A stretch of DNA of 64,000 bases, from sequence record NC_048638.1; one strand, given 5' to 3'. Position 1 is the stretch's first letter. Every line of letters starts with the position of its first letter. The stretch is from Pseudomonas phage ZC03. Of this stretch, positions 1-10,700 are shown in pieces. The notes under the pieces are model-generated. The model ran no database searches, was not told where the DNA came from, and saw only the letters and a list, made by a program, of their open reading frames with translations. The translations under genes were made by a program, and so were the position numbers.

Positions 1-1
1 C

Positions 2-796
2 CATCTTGGGACTGGTGTCCAAGCTCCGCATCCGCTGCAAAATGCTCTACAGAATCCCACATACAAGGGTGATAATTTAGCACCATCCCCGCATACAACT
101 ACAGGTATTAATGTTTCAGATCCACTCAAACCTTATTGTTGGATACGAAGAACTTTCCGGGTAACGCCTAGAGGCGAAAACAGGACATACGCTGAAATGG
201 GAGTAGGCTGGAACGATAACAACCTTTTTAGCCGCACTCTCATTAAAGATCCCTCAGGAAACCCAAATACTATCTCCATTCTTGGGGATGAGTATCTTGA
301 TGTCACTTACGAAGTAAGAATGTACATCCCAGTTGAAACTGCGGTGTATTCAGTAGTTCCAACTGGAGACGATGTTGAACCAAGAACAATTACTGTTCAT
401 GCTTCAAGAGTAAATACAGAGTCGACCTCTTTTGGGTGGGGACTTGCTGCATCCGGCAGTCAAGGCACAAGAGTTCCTGGTTCTATTCTCAATAATTGGA
501 CTAGTAACCACCACAATAGATTTTTTAATGGTGGAAGAGGAGGTCTGTATCAAGACCCAGAAGGCTCTCAAGTAGGGAGTACCCATAACCGTACTTCGAT
601 GGTACGTACTTCATCTACCTCAGCTACCATTACCCTTACAAGGGAATTGCCTGATAACGTAGGTCTGCTGAGAACCTATCAAATTTCTCAAGAAGCATAC
701 TGCTTCCAGATGGAATTTGACCCTCCCTTTAACAAATCCAATGAAGATAGATTCAGCATTACGTACTCCATTTCATGGGGGAGGGAGGAAGAATGA
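2..796 (+). CDS. hypothetical protein, 5' partial (reading frame is open from the window start); possible virion/fibre-like protein
   Basis: Frame 2 has no stop from nt 2 to 796; the ORF track calls 197..796 from an internal Met. Confidence 0.4.
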   Translation, partial: HLGTGVQAPHPLQNALQNPTYKGDNLAPSPHTTTGINVSDPLKPYCWIRRTFRVTPRGENRTYAEMGVGWNDNNLFSRTLIKDPSGNPNTISILGDEYLDVTYEVRMYIPVETAVYSVVPTGDDVEPRTITVHASRVNTESTSFGWGLAASGSQGTRVPGSILNNWTSNHHNRFFNGGRGGLYQDPEGSQVGSTHNRTSMVRTSSTSATITLTRELPDNVGLLRTYQISQEAYCFQMEFDPPFNKSNEDRFSITYSISWGREEE

Positions 797-1443
797 TCCC
801 TGAAAACAGGCTATCTACGGAGCCTGTTCCAGGCAGGCTGATTCATGATCTGGGGGTGGAAACATCCCCAGTTCTAGATTACAAGCCGGGGGGTATTGCT
901 ATTCAAGATCCTACAAAAGGACTTGATTATCAGATTTGGCGTGGAAGAGTTTTCAGTCCAAATACTGATCAATCTAGGATTGTCATTGATGGTAGGTTCT
1001 CACCTGAATACGAAATACTCCAATACCCGTACATCTGCGAATTCAATTTCTCATTCGATTTCAATATGAGACCTTTGGCTGTATTTCTTGCCAATGAGAT
1101 ATTGGAGGTTGGAGGGAAAGAAGTACCAGTACAGAATTGTTACATGTACTGGTTCGATAATACCCTAGGAGACTTTGATTTAATCTTTCTTGGTTCTGTA
1201 ATCAGGACACCAAAACTCTTGATAGACGACCCTAGAATGGAAGAATCCAATTTCTATAGTCTTTCAGATGTTTGCCTGTTTTACTGGAATAATGGGAATC
1301 TCTATGTGAGATACCTAAGGGATAGATTTACAGAAGAACACCTACTGAAAAGAAATGTACCTTACATTCAAAGAGTAGGTATGAATGAATATTACCGGCT
1401 ACAGTTTGAATTCTTCAGACAAGCCGATGTTTGCGAAAGATGA
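775..1443 (+). CDS. hypothetical protein
   Basis: 222-aa ORF overlapping the previous gene's stop by 22 nt; same orientation as a co-directional gene series. Confidence 0.4.
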   Translation: MGEGGRMIPENRLSTEPVPGRLIHDLGVETSPVLDYKPGGIAIQDPTKGLDYQIWRGRVFSPNTDQSRIVIDGRFSPEYEILQYPYICEFNFSFDFNMRPLAVFLANEILEVGGKEVPVQNCYMYWFDNTLGDFDLIFLGSVIRTPKLLIDDPRMEESNFYSLSDVCLFYWNNGNLYVRYLRDRFTEEHLLKRNVPYIQRVGMNEYYRLQFEFFRQADVCER

Positions 1444-1458
1444 CCTGGAGAGGAAACC

Positions 1459-1743
1459 ATGACACAAACCGAAGACATGAAAAAGTATTACTGGATGGCG
1501 TCTGTTGTAATTTCCTTCGTCCATGACGGAGTTCCAATGGATACCAACATTAACGCTCTGCTATCTAATACAGGGTATTACATTACCAAGAAAATTCTTG
1601 AGAATGCTCAAGTTCAGGCCCAGATTCAGTTAGCTAAGTCCTTGGGTAATAACCTGCCGGATGTGAAGCATGTTTACATCCAAAGCATTAGTTTCATTGG
1701 CTACATGACTGAAAAGGAATTCCTCGGTGAACCAGAAGCATAA
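1459..1743 (+). CDS. hypothetical protein
   Basis: 94-aa ORF in a tightly packed co-oriented series. Confidence 0.35.
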   Translation: MTQTEDMKKYYWMASVVISFVHDGVPMDTNINALLSNTGYYITKKILENAQVQAQIQLAKSLGNNLPDVKHVYIQSISFIGYMTEKEFLGEPEA

Positions 1744-1966
1744 CCACTATTACAGGGATGTATCCCACCTGAAGAAGATTGATATCTACAGGTTCTGTCA
1801 ATTGTTTGGTGTAACTGGACCTTTGGAGCACGCCTTGAAAAAGATTGCTTGTGCTGGACAAAGAGGAACCAAGGATTTCTACAAGGATTTGAATGAGGCT
1901 ATTGACTCAATCAACCGTGCAATTGAAATGAGGCAGGAAGATGAAGCAGCTAACCAACAACCATAA
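1727..1966 (+). CDS. hypothetical protein
   Basis: 79-aa ORF; overlapping start/stop with its neighbours. Confidence 0.3.
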   Translation: MNQKHNHYYRDVSHLKKIDIYRFCQLFGVTGPLEHALKKIACAGQRGTKDFYKDLNEAIDSINRAIEMRQEDEAANQQP

Positions 1967-2912
1967 TATTCCTCTGCTCCTTGCTGCTTGGCTCATGTCT
2001 GATGAGTACGATTACATCTACGATCCAAACTACATCAGTGTGACTACCCTGATGAAGCCTCTTCAGGAGATTGTTCTTGGTCCTCGTGCCAAGGATGTAG
2101 CACCTGAAGAGTTGGATATTTCAGATCGTATTGCCTCTGCCCTCGGTAGTAGCGTACATGGGGCTGTGGAAAGGGTATGGGAAACTAGAGACCTCTTGGA
2201 GAAGTCTCTTATTCAGCTTGGCTTTGATGTTGAAGACATCAATTCCATTGAGGTAAATCCTAAACTCCCAGACCCATCCAAGGAACAGGTATACATTGAA
2301 CAGAGAAGCTTTAAGAAAATTGAAGGCTTCACTGTAGGGGGCAAATTTGATGCTGTACTGGGAGGTATCGTACATGACATCAAAACCACCTCTGTTTGGG
2401 CCTGGATTAAATCATCTCGTGATGATGATTATCGGCTACAGGGTTCTATCTACCGTTGGTTGAACCAGGACAAAATCACAGAGGATGTAATCAGGGTATG
2501 TTTCCTGTTTACTGACTGGCAGAAGGGTATGGTAGGCACTGTTGAGGGTTATCCTGAAACTAGGTGTGCCTTCAAAGATATCGAACTCATGAGTATTCAG
2601 GAAACTGAGAAGTGGGTTCGTAACCGTCTTAAGCAGATTAAAAAGCTCCGTGAGCTTCCTGCTGAGGAAATGCCACCATGCACAGACGAAGAAGTCTGGT
2701 TGGAAAAACCCACCTACAAATACTACTCTAACCCTCTCAAAACAGATGGCAGAGCTACCAAAAACTTTGATAATCATTTGGATGCTATTGCCTATCTGGA
2801 AGAGAAGGGTAAGGGGGTTGTTCTAACCTCTCCTCCTAGAGCCAAGAAATGCAAAGACTACTGCAACGCTTTTCTGGTGTGTAAACAAAAAGACAATTTC
2901 GTCTTCGACTGA
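1941..2912 (+). CDS. PD-(D/E)xK nuclease, Cas4/RecB-like, with Cys cluster
   Basis: Motif FDAVLGGIVHDIKTT (D...hDhK) plus four Cys residues (PPCTDEE ... CKDYCNAFLVCK) arranged Cx(n)CxxCx5C, typical of Fe-S RecB-family nucleases. Confidence 0.5.
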   Translation: MKQLTNNHNIPLLLAAWLMSDEYDYIYDPNYISVTTLMKPLQEIVLGPRAKDVAPEELDISDRIASALGSSVHGAVERVWETRDLLEKSLIQLGFDVEDINSIEVNPKLPDPSKEQVYIEQRSFKKIEGFTVGGKFDAVLGGIVHDIKTTSVWAWIKSSRDDDYRLQGSIYRWLNQDKITEDVIRVCFLFTDWQKGMVGTVEGYPETRCAFKDIELMSIQETEKWVRNRLKQIKKLRELPAEEMPPCTDEEVWLEKPTYKYYSNPLKTDGRATKNFDNHLDAIAYLEEKGKGVVLTSPPRAKKCKDYCNAFLVCKQKDNFVFD

Positions 2913-2929
2913 TCTTTAGGATTTCTCAC

Positions 2930-5077
2930 ATGCCCATTGATTTGAGCAATGTGAGCCACCACCCCGTACACGAAGAACTTACCAATATTCTGTGTTCAAA
3001 AACACAGAATACGGACCATCCGTTCTTCAGGGCTATTGTGGCTCACTTCTTGGGAAAGGTAGCAAGCAATATGCGAGCTACCATTGAAACAAAAGACCGT
3101 GGATCTATCCCAGTAAATATTTACTCACTGTGCTTGAGTCCTTCTGGTACAGGTAAAGGTTATTCAGTAAACATTCTAGAGAATGAGATTCTGAATTCCT
3201 TCCGTAAACGATTTACAGAAGAGACCTTTCCTACAATTGCCGATGCCAGAATGTGGGATGTTGCCAATGATCGAGCAGCTAGATCAGGAACAGACCCAGA
3301 AGAAGAAAAAGAAAAACTGGACAAGCAATTTGAGAATGCTGGCGAATTCCCATTCACTTTTGATAGTGGGACTGTACCAGCTGTAAAACAGCTACGTGAA
3401 AAGCTTCAGCTTGCAGAAGCTGGAGCTATTAGCTTTGCTGTGGATGAGATTGGTTCCAACCTAATCAACAGTGTTGAGCTTCTGAATATCTACCTTGAGT
3501 TGTATGATCAGGGCTTGGTAAAGATGAAGCTAACCAAGAACACTGCCGAAAATAAGCGAGCTAAAGACCTTCAGGGTAAGACACCAGCAAACATGCTGCT
3601 GTTTGGTACTCCGTCCAAGCTTCTGGATGGGCACATTACCGAGCAGACATTCTATTCCTTCCTGGAAGCTGGGTATGCTCGTAGATGCTTCTTTGCTTGG
3701 GGTAGACCGAGCCAGAAGGCTTATAACGTAATGACTCCAGAGGAGGCTTATAGACAGCAGTCAAGCCAAGCTAATGACATCATTATGAGCAAATGGCGAG
3801 ACTACTTCTACAAGCTGGCTGACCCAGCCTATTTTGGTTGGAAAGCTACAGTGCCTGATGATATAGCTATCGAGCTTATTCGATACAAGTTCGAGTGTGA
3901 GAGGCTTGCTGATGAGCTTCCAGAACATGAAGCTATCTCTAAAGCAGAGATTTCACACAGGTACTTCAAAGCACTCAAGCTTGCAGGTACTTATGCCTAC
4001 ATCGACATGAGTCCTGAGGTGACGATGGATCATCTCATGCAAGCAATCCTCTTTACAGAGGAATCTGGGAAGGCTTTTGAAGCAATCCTCACAAGGGAGA
4101 AGCCTTACGTAAAACTGGCCAAGTTCATTGCTGCATCTGGTTCAGATTTAACTCATGCTGACCTGCATGAACAGCTACCGTTTTACAAAACCAGTAATGC
4201 TGCTCGAAATGAGATGATGTCCCTTGCTACTGCTTGGGGATATAAAAACCATATCATCATCAAGAAGTTCTTTGTTGATGGTATTGAGTTCTTCTCTGGA
4301 GAATCTCTGAAAGAGACTAACCTGGATGAACTCAGGATCTCCTATTCAGATCACCAAGCATATAACTACATCAATGATGTAGCTCCGTTTGATCAACTGG
4401 ATCGTCTGGTTCTATCTAAAGGATTCCATTTCCTGAACCACCATTTGCAGAATGGCCATAGAACCAAGGAGAATGTGATCGATGGATTCAACTTCTTATG
4501 CTTTGATGTGGATGGGACAATCTCGTTGGATCTTGCTAGGGAGCTTCTGTCTGAGTACACCTACCTGATTTACACAACCAAATCACACACTGAAGACGAA
4601 CACCGATTCAGACTCATCATGCCCATTAATTATGAGGTGAAGCTTGATGCGGAAGAATACAAGGAGTGCGTCAACTCAATCCTTGAATGGTTGCCGTTTA
4701 AGTGTGATGAAGCTTCGAACCAGCAAAGCAGAAAATGGAGAACTAACGATCAAGCAAAACTCTTCAAGAATGAAGGGAAGCTGCTAGATATTCTTCCATT
4801 TATTCCTAAGACTTCAAGGAACGAAGATCACAAGAAAACGCAGAACCAGTTGGACAGCCTATCCAATCTGGAGAGGTGGTTTGCTCAGCGTATTGCTGTA
4901 GGTAACAGAAACAACAATATGCTGAAGTACGCAATGGCACTGGTAGATTCTGGCATGGATTATTCAGAGGTAGAGAAGAACGTTATGCGTTTTAATAACT
5001 CTCTGAATAACCCACTTACAGAAGAGGAGCTGGAAAATACCATTTTTGTAACTGTAGCCAAGAGGTATAGCCCGTGA
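2930..5077 (+). CDS. replication protein with N-terminal P-loop; possible primase-like
   Basis: 715 aa with SPSGTGKG P-loop and LCFDVDGT (hhhDhD-like AEP motif); position matches the primase region of N4-like genomes. Confidence 0.4.
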   Translation: MPIDLSNVSHHPVHEELTNILCSKTQNTDHPFFRAIVAHFLGKVASNMRATIETKDRGSIPVNIYSLCLSPSGTGKGYSVNILENEILNSFRKRFTEETFPTIADARMWDVANDRAARSGTDPEEEKEKLDKQFENAGEFPFTFDSGTVPAVKQLREKLQLAEAGAISFAVDEIGSNLINSVELLNIYLELYDQGLVKMKLTKNTAENKRAKDLQGKTPANMLLFGTPSKLLDGHITEQTFYSFLEAGYARRCFFAWGRPSQKAYNVMTPEEAYRQQSSQANDIIMSKWRDYFYKLADPAYFGWKATVPDDIAIELIRYKFECERLADELPEHEAISKAEISHRYFKALKLAGTYAYIDMSPEVTMDHLMQAILFTEESGKAFEAILTREKPYVKLAKFIAASGSDLTHADLHEQLPFYKTSNAARNEMMSLATAWGYKNHIIIKKFFVDGIEFFSGESLKETNLDELRISYSDHQAYNYINDVAPFDQLDRLVLSKGFHFLNHHLQNGHRTKENVIDGFNFLCFDVDGTISLDLARELLSEYTYLIYTTKSHTEDEHRFRLIMPINYEVKLDAEEYKECVNSILEWLPFKCDEASNQQSRKWRTNDQAKLFKNEGKLLDILPFIPKTSRNEDHKKTQNQLDSLSNLERWFAQRIAVGNRNNNMLKYAMALVDSGMDYSEVEKNVMRFNNSLNNPLTEEELENTIFVTVAKRYSP

Positions 5078-5820
5078 GCGAAGCAGCAGAGAATAACCAG
5101 TTACTCTTGATTTCAGGTGAATCAGCAACGGGGAAGTCAGCCTCGTTGATGAATATCCGTGATCAGGAAGACTGGCTGTATCTCAATACTGAATCAGGTA
5201 AACGACTGCCATTCAGGAACAATTTCCGAGATGGGGGATTCAGAATCACTGACCCCTACGAGGTTATTGATGCGTTTGAATTTGCTATTAACGATGATCC
5301 CAGTGTGAAGGGTATTATCCTTGATAGCTTGACCTTCTGGATGGATATGCTGGAAACCCAGTATGTCGTTACAGCAGCCGATACCCGTGCTGCTTGGAGT
5401 GAGTATCAGCAAACCTTTAAACGGTTGATGCAGGAGCTTGTACCCAAGTTTGGGAAGCCTGTCATCATCATTGCTCACACCAGGACAGACTATGATGAGT
5501 CTACTATGACAATGAGGACTTCTGTCCCCATCAAAGGCTCGCTTAGAAACACGGGTGTAGAAGCATATTTCTCTACTGTTGTATCTTCAAAGGTCATGCC
5601 TCTGAAGCAGCTAGAGGAATATAAGAATGACATGCTTACCATCACGGAAGATGACAAGCTGATTGACATGAAGTATGTCTTCCAAACTCGTCATACGAAG
5701 AAAACTACTGGTGAGCGTATTCGCTCTCCTTTGGGTTTTTTCAGTGTGAATGAGACTTTCATCAACAACGATGCGCAAATGGTTCTAGACCATCTCAACA
5801 AAATGTACGGAGTAAACTGA
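5074..5820 (+). CDS. RecA-fold P-loop ATPase (Sak4-like)
   Basis: Walker A GESATGKS, Walker B-like GIILDSL; 248 aa; start overlaps the upstream stop. Confidence 0.45.
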   Translation: MSEAAENNQLLLISGESATGKSASLMNIRDQEDWLYLNTESGKRLPFRNNFRDGGFRITDPYEVIDAFEFAINDDPSVKGIILDSLTFWMDMLETQYVVTAADTRAAWSEYQQTFKRLMQELVPKFGKPVIIIAHTRTDYDESTMTMRTSVPIKGSLRNTGVEAYFSTVVSSKVMPLKQLEEYKNDMLTITEDDKLIDMKYVFQTRHTKKTTGERIRSPLGFFSVNETFINNDAQMVLDHLNKMYGVN

Positions 5821-6554
5821 TGAGCCTTCTGAAGAAGCTGAACACTGGCGGTAAAGATGTAGAACAGGCTAAAGATACCCTGGGTGGTGGTAGCTTTATC
5901 CGTGAGTCGAACATCTACATTGCTGAAATTGTTGTAGCCTATCTGACTGAATCTCAGAATGGTGCTACGGCTGTCAATTTTGAGTTCAAGATGGAAGACG
6001 GTAATAACTACCGTGAAACCATCTATGTCTCTAACCGGGACGGTGAAACCTTCTATTCGAAAGACGGTAAGAAGTACCCTCTGCCTGGGTTTACCACTGT
6101 TGATAACATCTGCATGATCACCACTGAAAAGGGTCTGGCAGAGCAGGAAACCGAAGATAAGACCCTGATGTTGTGGGACTTTGAATCAGGCAAGGAAATT
6201 CCTCGTGAAGTTCCGGTTCTGGTAGAGCTGACTGGTCAATCTGTGGCTCTTGGCATTCTGCATGTCAAAGAAAACAAGACTGCCAAGAATGAAAGCACTG
6301 GCAAGTACGAACCTATTAATGAGGCTCGTGAGCTTAACACCATCAGTGCTGTATTCCACCCAGAAGCCAAAGTTACTGTGAACGAGGCAATGGAAGGTCG
6401 TGATCCGGCCTTCTGGGATGCCTGGCTCAAACGTAACGAAGGCCGTCTGGTCGATAAATACAAGGAAGTACAGCAGCGTGGTTCCCGTGCCAGCAGCAAA
6501 GCTTCGACTAGCTCCTCTGCACCTGCTCGTAAGAGCATGTTCAAGAAGGACTGA
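5820..6554 (+). CDS. hypothetical protein (possible ssDNA-binding protein, by position only)
   Basis: 244 aa; synteny with the SSB position after primase/ATPase in N4. Confidence 0.3.
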   Translation: MSLLKKLNTGGKDVEQAKDTLGGGSFIRESNIYIAEIVVAYLTESQNGATAVNFEFKMEDGNNYRETIYVSNRDGETFYSKDGKKYPLPGFTTVDNICMITTEKGLAEQETEDKTLMLWDFESGKEIPREVPVLVELTGQSVALGILHVKENKTAKNESTGKYEPINEARELNTISAVFHPEAKVTVNEAMEGRDPAFWDAWLKRNEGRLVDKYKEVQQRGSRASSKASTSSSAPARKSMFKKD

Positions 6555-6558
6555 TTAG

Positions 6559-7401
6559 TTGAAGGTAATCCTTCCACTATATCTGTATGTGGGTAAGAGG
6601 GAGCCTAAAAAGCTCCCTCTTAACCTCAACCACTACAGAAATGCTCATTTTCATGTTGTCAACAACATGAAAATCCAGTTCAAAGAAGCCATTTTGCCTC
6701 AGCTTACGTTCCCCAAATTCACGGAACCAGTAAAGATCAGCTATGTTTTGTATCTGCCTTCTCAGAAGGAGACAGATATCTCTAACGTGCTATGCATTGT
6801 AGATAAGTATTTCTGTGATGCGCTGGTAGAAGCTGGTCTCATTGAAGATGACAACTTCAAGTATCTACCTCAAGTGAATTTCCGTTTTGGTGGGATAGAT
6901 CATGAGAATCCCCGTGCTGAGGCATTCATTGAAACAATTGAAAACTCTAGGGAGTCTGTTATGCAAATCACCATTAATCAAACTCAGATTGAAAAAGCTA
7001 TCCAGGATTTTCTGCTGAAACGTATCAACGTTAAGGAAGGTACTGAGATCAAAATTGAAATGAAAGCCACTCGTGGTGCTGAGGGCTTCAGTGCTGTTAT
7101 TGACATCATTGACGACCTGGATTCCCATAACGCCATGCTGGAGCAAGAGAAAGCACGCCAGACCAGCGTAAAGGAGGAGAAGCTGGAAAAAGCTGGTCGA
7201 TTTCTCAATAAGATCAAAACCCGAAAATCTGAACCAGAACCAGAAACTGAAGCTTCCGAAGAAGAAGAGCAGTTTGCCGAAGAACCTGATGCAGAAGCAG
7301 AATCTACTGATGAACCAGAAAAAGCTGCTGATGCTGAGGAAGAAGCAGCAAAACCCCGTAAGGCTAAAAGTATCTTTGGCAATAAAGTAACTCCTCATTA
7401 A
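6559..7401 (+). CDS. hypothetical protein with highly acidic C-terminal tail
   Basis: 280 aa; the C-terminus is E/D/A-rich (EPEPETEASEEEEQFAEEPDAEAE...). Confidence 0.35.
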   Translation: MKVILPLYLYVGKREPKKLPLNLNHYRNAHFHVVNNMKIQFKEAILPQLTFPKFTEPVKISYVLYLPSQKETDISNVLCIVDKYFCDALVEAGLIEDDNFKYLPQVNFRFGGIDHENPRAEAFIETIENSRESVMQITINQTQIEKAIQDFLLKRINVKEGTEIKIEMKATRGAEGFSAVIDIIDDLDSHNAMLEQEKARQTSVKEEKLEKAGRFLNKIKTRKSEPEPETEASEEEEQFAEEPDAEAESTDEPEKAADAEEEAAKPRKAKSIFGNKVTPH

Positions 7402-7467
7402 AATGGAGTTCCTTATTGGTTTTGCTGTGTTGTTGTTAGTTCTTTACTTTATTGAGGAGAAAAATAA

Positions 7468-7650
7468 ATGACTCAATTCCAACAGCTGCTGGATGCTGTA
7501 AGCGAGTTCAAGGATGAACTGTCTCAGTACCTAGAGAAGGGTGCTACCAATGCTTCTCAGGCTAAGCGACTGCGTAAGGCGAGTGTGCAACTAGGTAAGG
7601 ATCTGAAGGAATTCAGAACTAACTCCGTGGCACATCACCGGAAGGACTGA
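7468..7650 (+). CDS. small basic helical protein (possible DNA-binding)
   Basis: 60 aa; lysine/arginine-rich segment AKRLRKASVQLGKDLKEFR; RBS-like GAGGAG upstream. Confidence 0.3.
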   Translation: MTQFQQLLDAVSEFKDELSQYLEKGATNASQAKRLRKASVQLGKDLKEFRTNSVAHHRKD

Positions 7651-7665
7651 TTCGCCAGAGGAAAT

Positions 7666-7700
7666 AAAAAGCCCCCAATTATGGGGGCTTTTTTTTTTTT
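7666..7700. terminator. bidirectional rho-independent terminator between convergent genes
   Basis: GCCCCCA-ATTA-TGGGGGC hairpin flanked by an A-run upstream and a T13 run downstream. Confidence 0.7.
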
Positions 7701-10700
7701 TATTTGAATATTAATGCTGATAGTGGGTGCAGCATTGCAGAGTTGATACCCATCTCAGGACCGATTGAGTATCCTACTGCTCCTGTGAAGGTCTGAGATA
7801 GGATGTTGTCATCCAATGGTAGACCCAGATTGCCTACAGGAGTAGACATAGGTACAGCACCTACTGTCATCAGTGCAGTAATTGGGTTTTCTCTAATCAT
7901 GCTCAGGGCAATCTTCAACGATCTCAATTTGAAGTTGAAGAACCAGAGTAAACCATTAGCTTCTAATGCTCCTCTTACCCTACCAGGCAGGTAATCGTAG
8001 TTGATAAATTCTTCTTTGATTCTGCCTAGAGCGTACTGAGGGCTTCTCTTCTGTCTCTGAACAATATCATCGAAAATGATGGCTTTAGCAATAAAGTCAC
8101 CATAATCAACTGACTTCTGAAGGAACTGGTAGATAGCAGTATTCTTAGAAATCAGTAAGTTATTGGCTAGAGTCCTGCCGCCAGAAGGTAGCTGATTGAT
8201 CTTACTTTCAAGATATTCAGCAATCTTACCTTTGTTCAAATCTCCAGATTCTTGATCAATTTGCACGCTGACAATTGAAGCAAATTCCCCAGATTCAATC
8301 AGAGGGTAAATTGACAGAGATCTGTGATGCTCAAGGATGGAAGATCTTTCAGCTTCCAGTCTCCTGATCTGTGCTGGTTCCGAAGAAGCCAGAATCTCTG
8401 ATTCAATTTCAATAATTCTCTTCATGCCTTGAGAGTACTGCTCAATTTCAGCAAGCTTTCTAGGTATGCCTCTCACAATAGACTGTAGTGGTACACCTCT
8501 AGCCATCATGTGCAGAATGTTAGACAGACCATTGACGGCAGGAATCACTACAGACTTCACTACAATCAACTGCTTAGCATCTGCCACCAGCCCTCTCAGG
8601 GCATTCTCACCTTGAACCATGTATTTGAACGCCTTAGGTCCAATCATGGTTTCTAAAGCTCTCTGAATCTGTCTCCTGGTCTCTGGCTTCAGTCTAGAAA
8701 TGCCATTCCAGATATCAGCTACACCAGCCTGTCTATACCCAATGACGTTATTCAGAAGCTCTTTTCTTACCATCATTCTTCCATAGGTATCTTTGGAGTA
8801 TCTGATGGCTTCTTTATTAAGAATGCTAAGAGCATCTTTTATTACTGGGTCATCAGTATTCAGATTCAGAAGATCTACATACTCACCTTTTTTGGTATCT
8901 TTGTTGTATGCAGATTCCAGCTCATCAACAATTACTCTGTTGATTTGCTCAGCGGTACTCTCCTCAATCTGTCTACCTCTCCATTTACCCAGGTTGGCAG
9001 CAAAGTCATTATTGGAGTTCTTCTCTCTAGCTACTGCTGGATCAATAGCACGAACCAGATTCACTACATTGCCGTTCTCATCAAAGATTGGAACCAGACC
9101 AAATTTACTGGTGTTTTGAATGCCATCTGCAATGATGTTTTCAATGGTTTCAATATCAAAGCCGGTAGGAATCAGGTTCTCTGACAGGGGATCATCATTA
9201 ATAGTCAGGCCATTATGTGAAGCTACTACGTTCTGGATAATGCCTTGTGCAAAGGGTCTAGCCTCATCCAGCATGTTCACATAATAGCCACGCTTGATGT
9301 TTTTATTGTCGTAGTGGGTACCTTCGTAGTCGCCCACTCTGACATACCCCTTATTGATGTACTGCTCTGCCATATCGTCTCTGATGATCTTGATAGAGCC
9401 AGCGGATCTGCTAGGGATATAGCCTTTGATGCCGATAGGCTTACCGTATGATCCAGGCTTAGCCATCTCATCCTTTCTGATACCATCCAGAATGGCCATG
9501 ATGTATCTAACTGCTTCTGGTTCAGTCTGAAGTAACTGCCTGAAGGTCTCTTTATCAGAGTCTTGGAAAGCCAGTAGAGACACATACTCGTCAATGACAT
9601 TGACAAGATTTGCATCTACAGCCTCAATGCTTTCAGCGCTCCCCTCATGGCCGAACTTGCCAGCAATATGGGTAGCATTCAAAAGCAGCATAGAACCAGT
9701 CTCGCCAGTAGTTAGATACTTAGCGAGCTGTTTGGACTTCTCAATCAGGAAGGCACTATCAGGATTCCTGTTGATGATGTTTTCTAGCTGCCTAATTCTG
9801 CGTGTAACCTTGTTATCGTCCGAAAGGATATCAATAGCCTTGTCCAGTCCTAACGAGCCTACAATCGCAGCAGAATCGGTTTCAGCAAGGGTTCTCTGAA
9901 GACTGTTCATTTGCTCCTGTGAAGGTGTAGTTTTGAATCTCTTCTTAATGTTGGTTTCAACACCTTCAACATACATCTGACGAAGTCTTTGTACGTGAGA
10001 ACGTACGACCTTAATCAGATCGTACACAGAGGCATTCAGATCAGTTCTTCCGATAATGTCCCTCATCGTATCTTTCAGGAAATTGAAGTTATCCATGCTA
10101 TTGAATACAGAGTTCATTTGCTCTGCAAAACCCATAGCAGAATCTTTACTCAGTGCAGCACCTACAGCACCGAGTATCCCACCTGAAATAGTGGCAGCAC
10201 GGCTATTAGAATTCCTGATCAGATTCTGACCAGTTCCTCCAATATAGTTACCTAAGTCTGTAAGCAGGTCAGAAGTCTTATCGTTGATCTGATCAATCAA
10301 CTGACCAGGAAGAGTCCAAATTTTATTGGACTCCCCCTCTGGCTTTTTTTCTACAGACTCCATCAATCTGCTTAGAAGCTCTGTAGGTACTTCTCCTTTT
10401 CTGGTTCCAGACAGGTAGTTACTCAGCTTGTTCATTGCATCGTACCCAGCCTGCCCAAGTACCCTTTCCCAAGTGGATTCAGTCTCAGAAGACTTCTCAG
10501 CTTGAGGAATACCAATCTGGTTCAGTACTTCTTGCATCTCTGGGTTTACTGAAGCTAGAGCCAGGAGGTTAACTACCATAGCCTCTCTTGAGCCAGAGGC
10601 TGAACCAGTAACAGCAGCATGTTTGTTATGTGCAACATGGTATGAAGGGGAACCAGGCTGAGATACATCACCAAAATGCTCAGGTTTGATGTTTCTCAAG

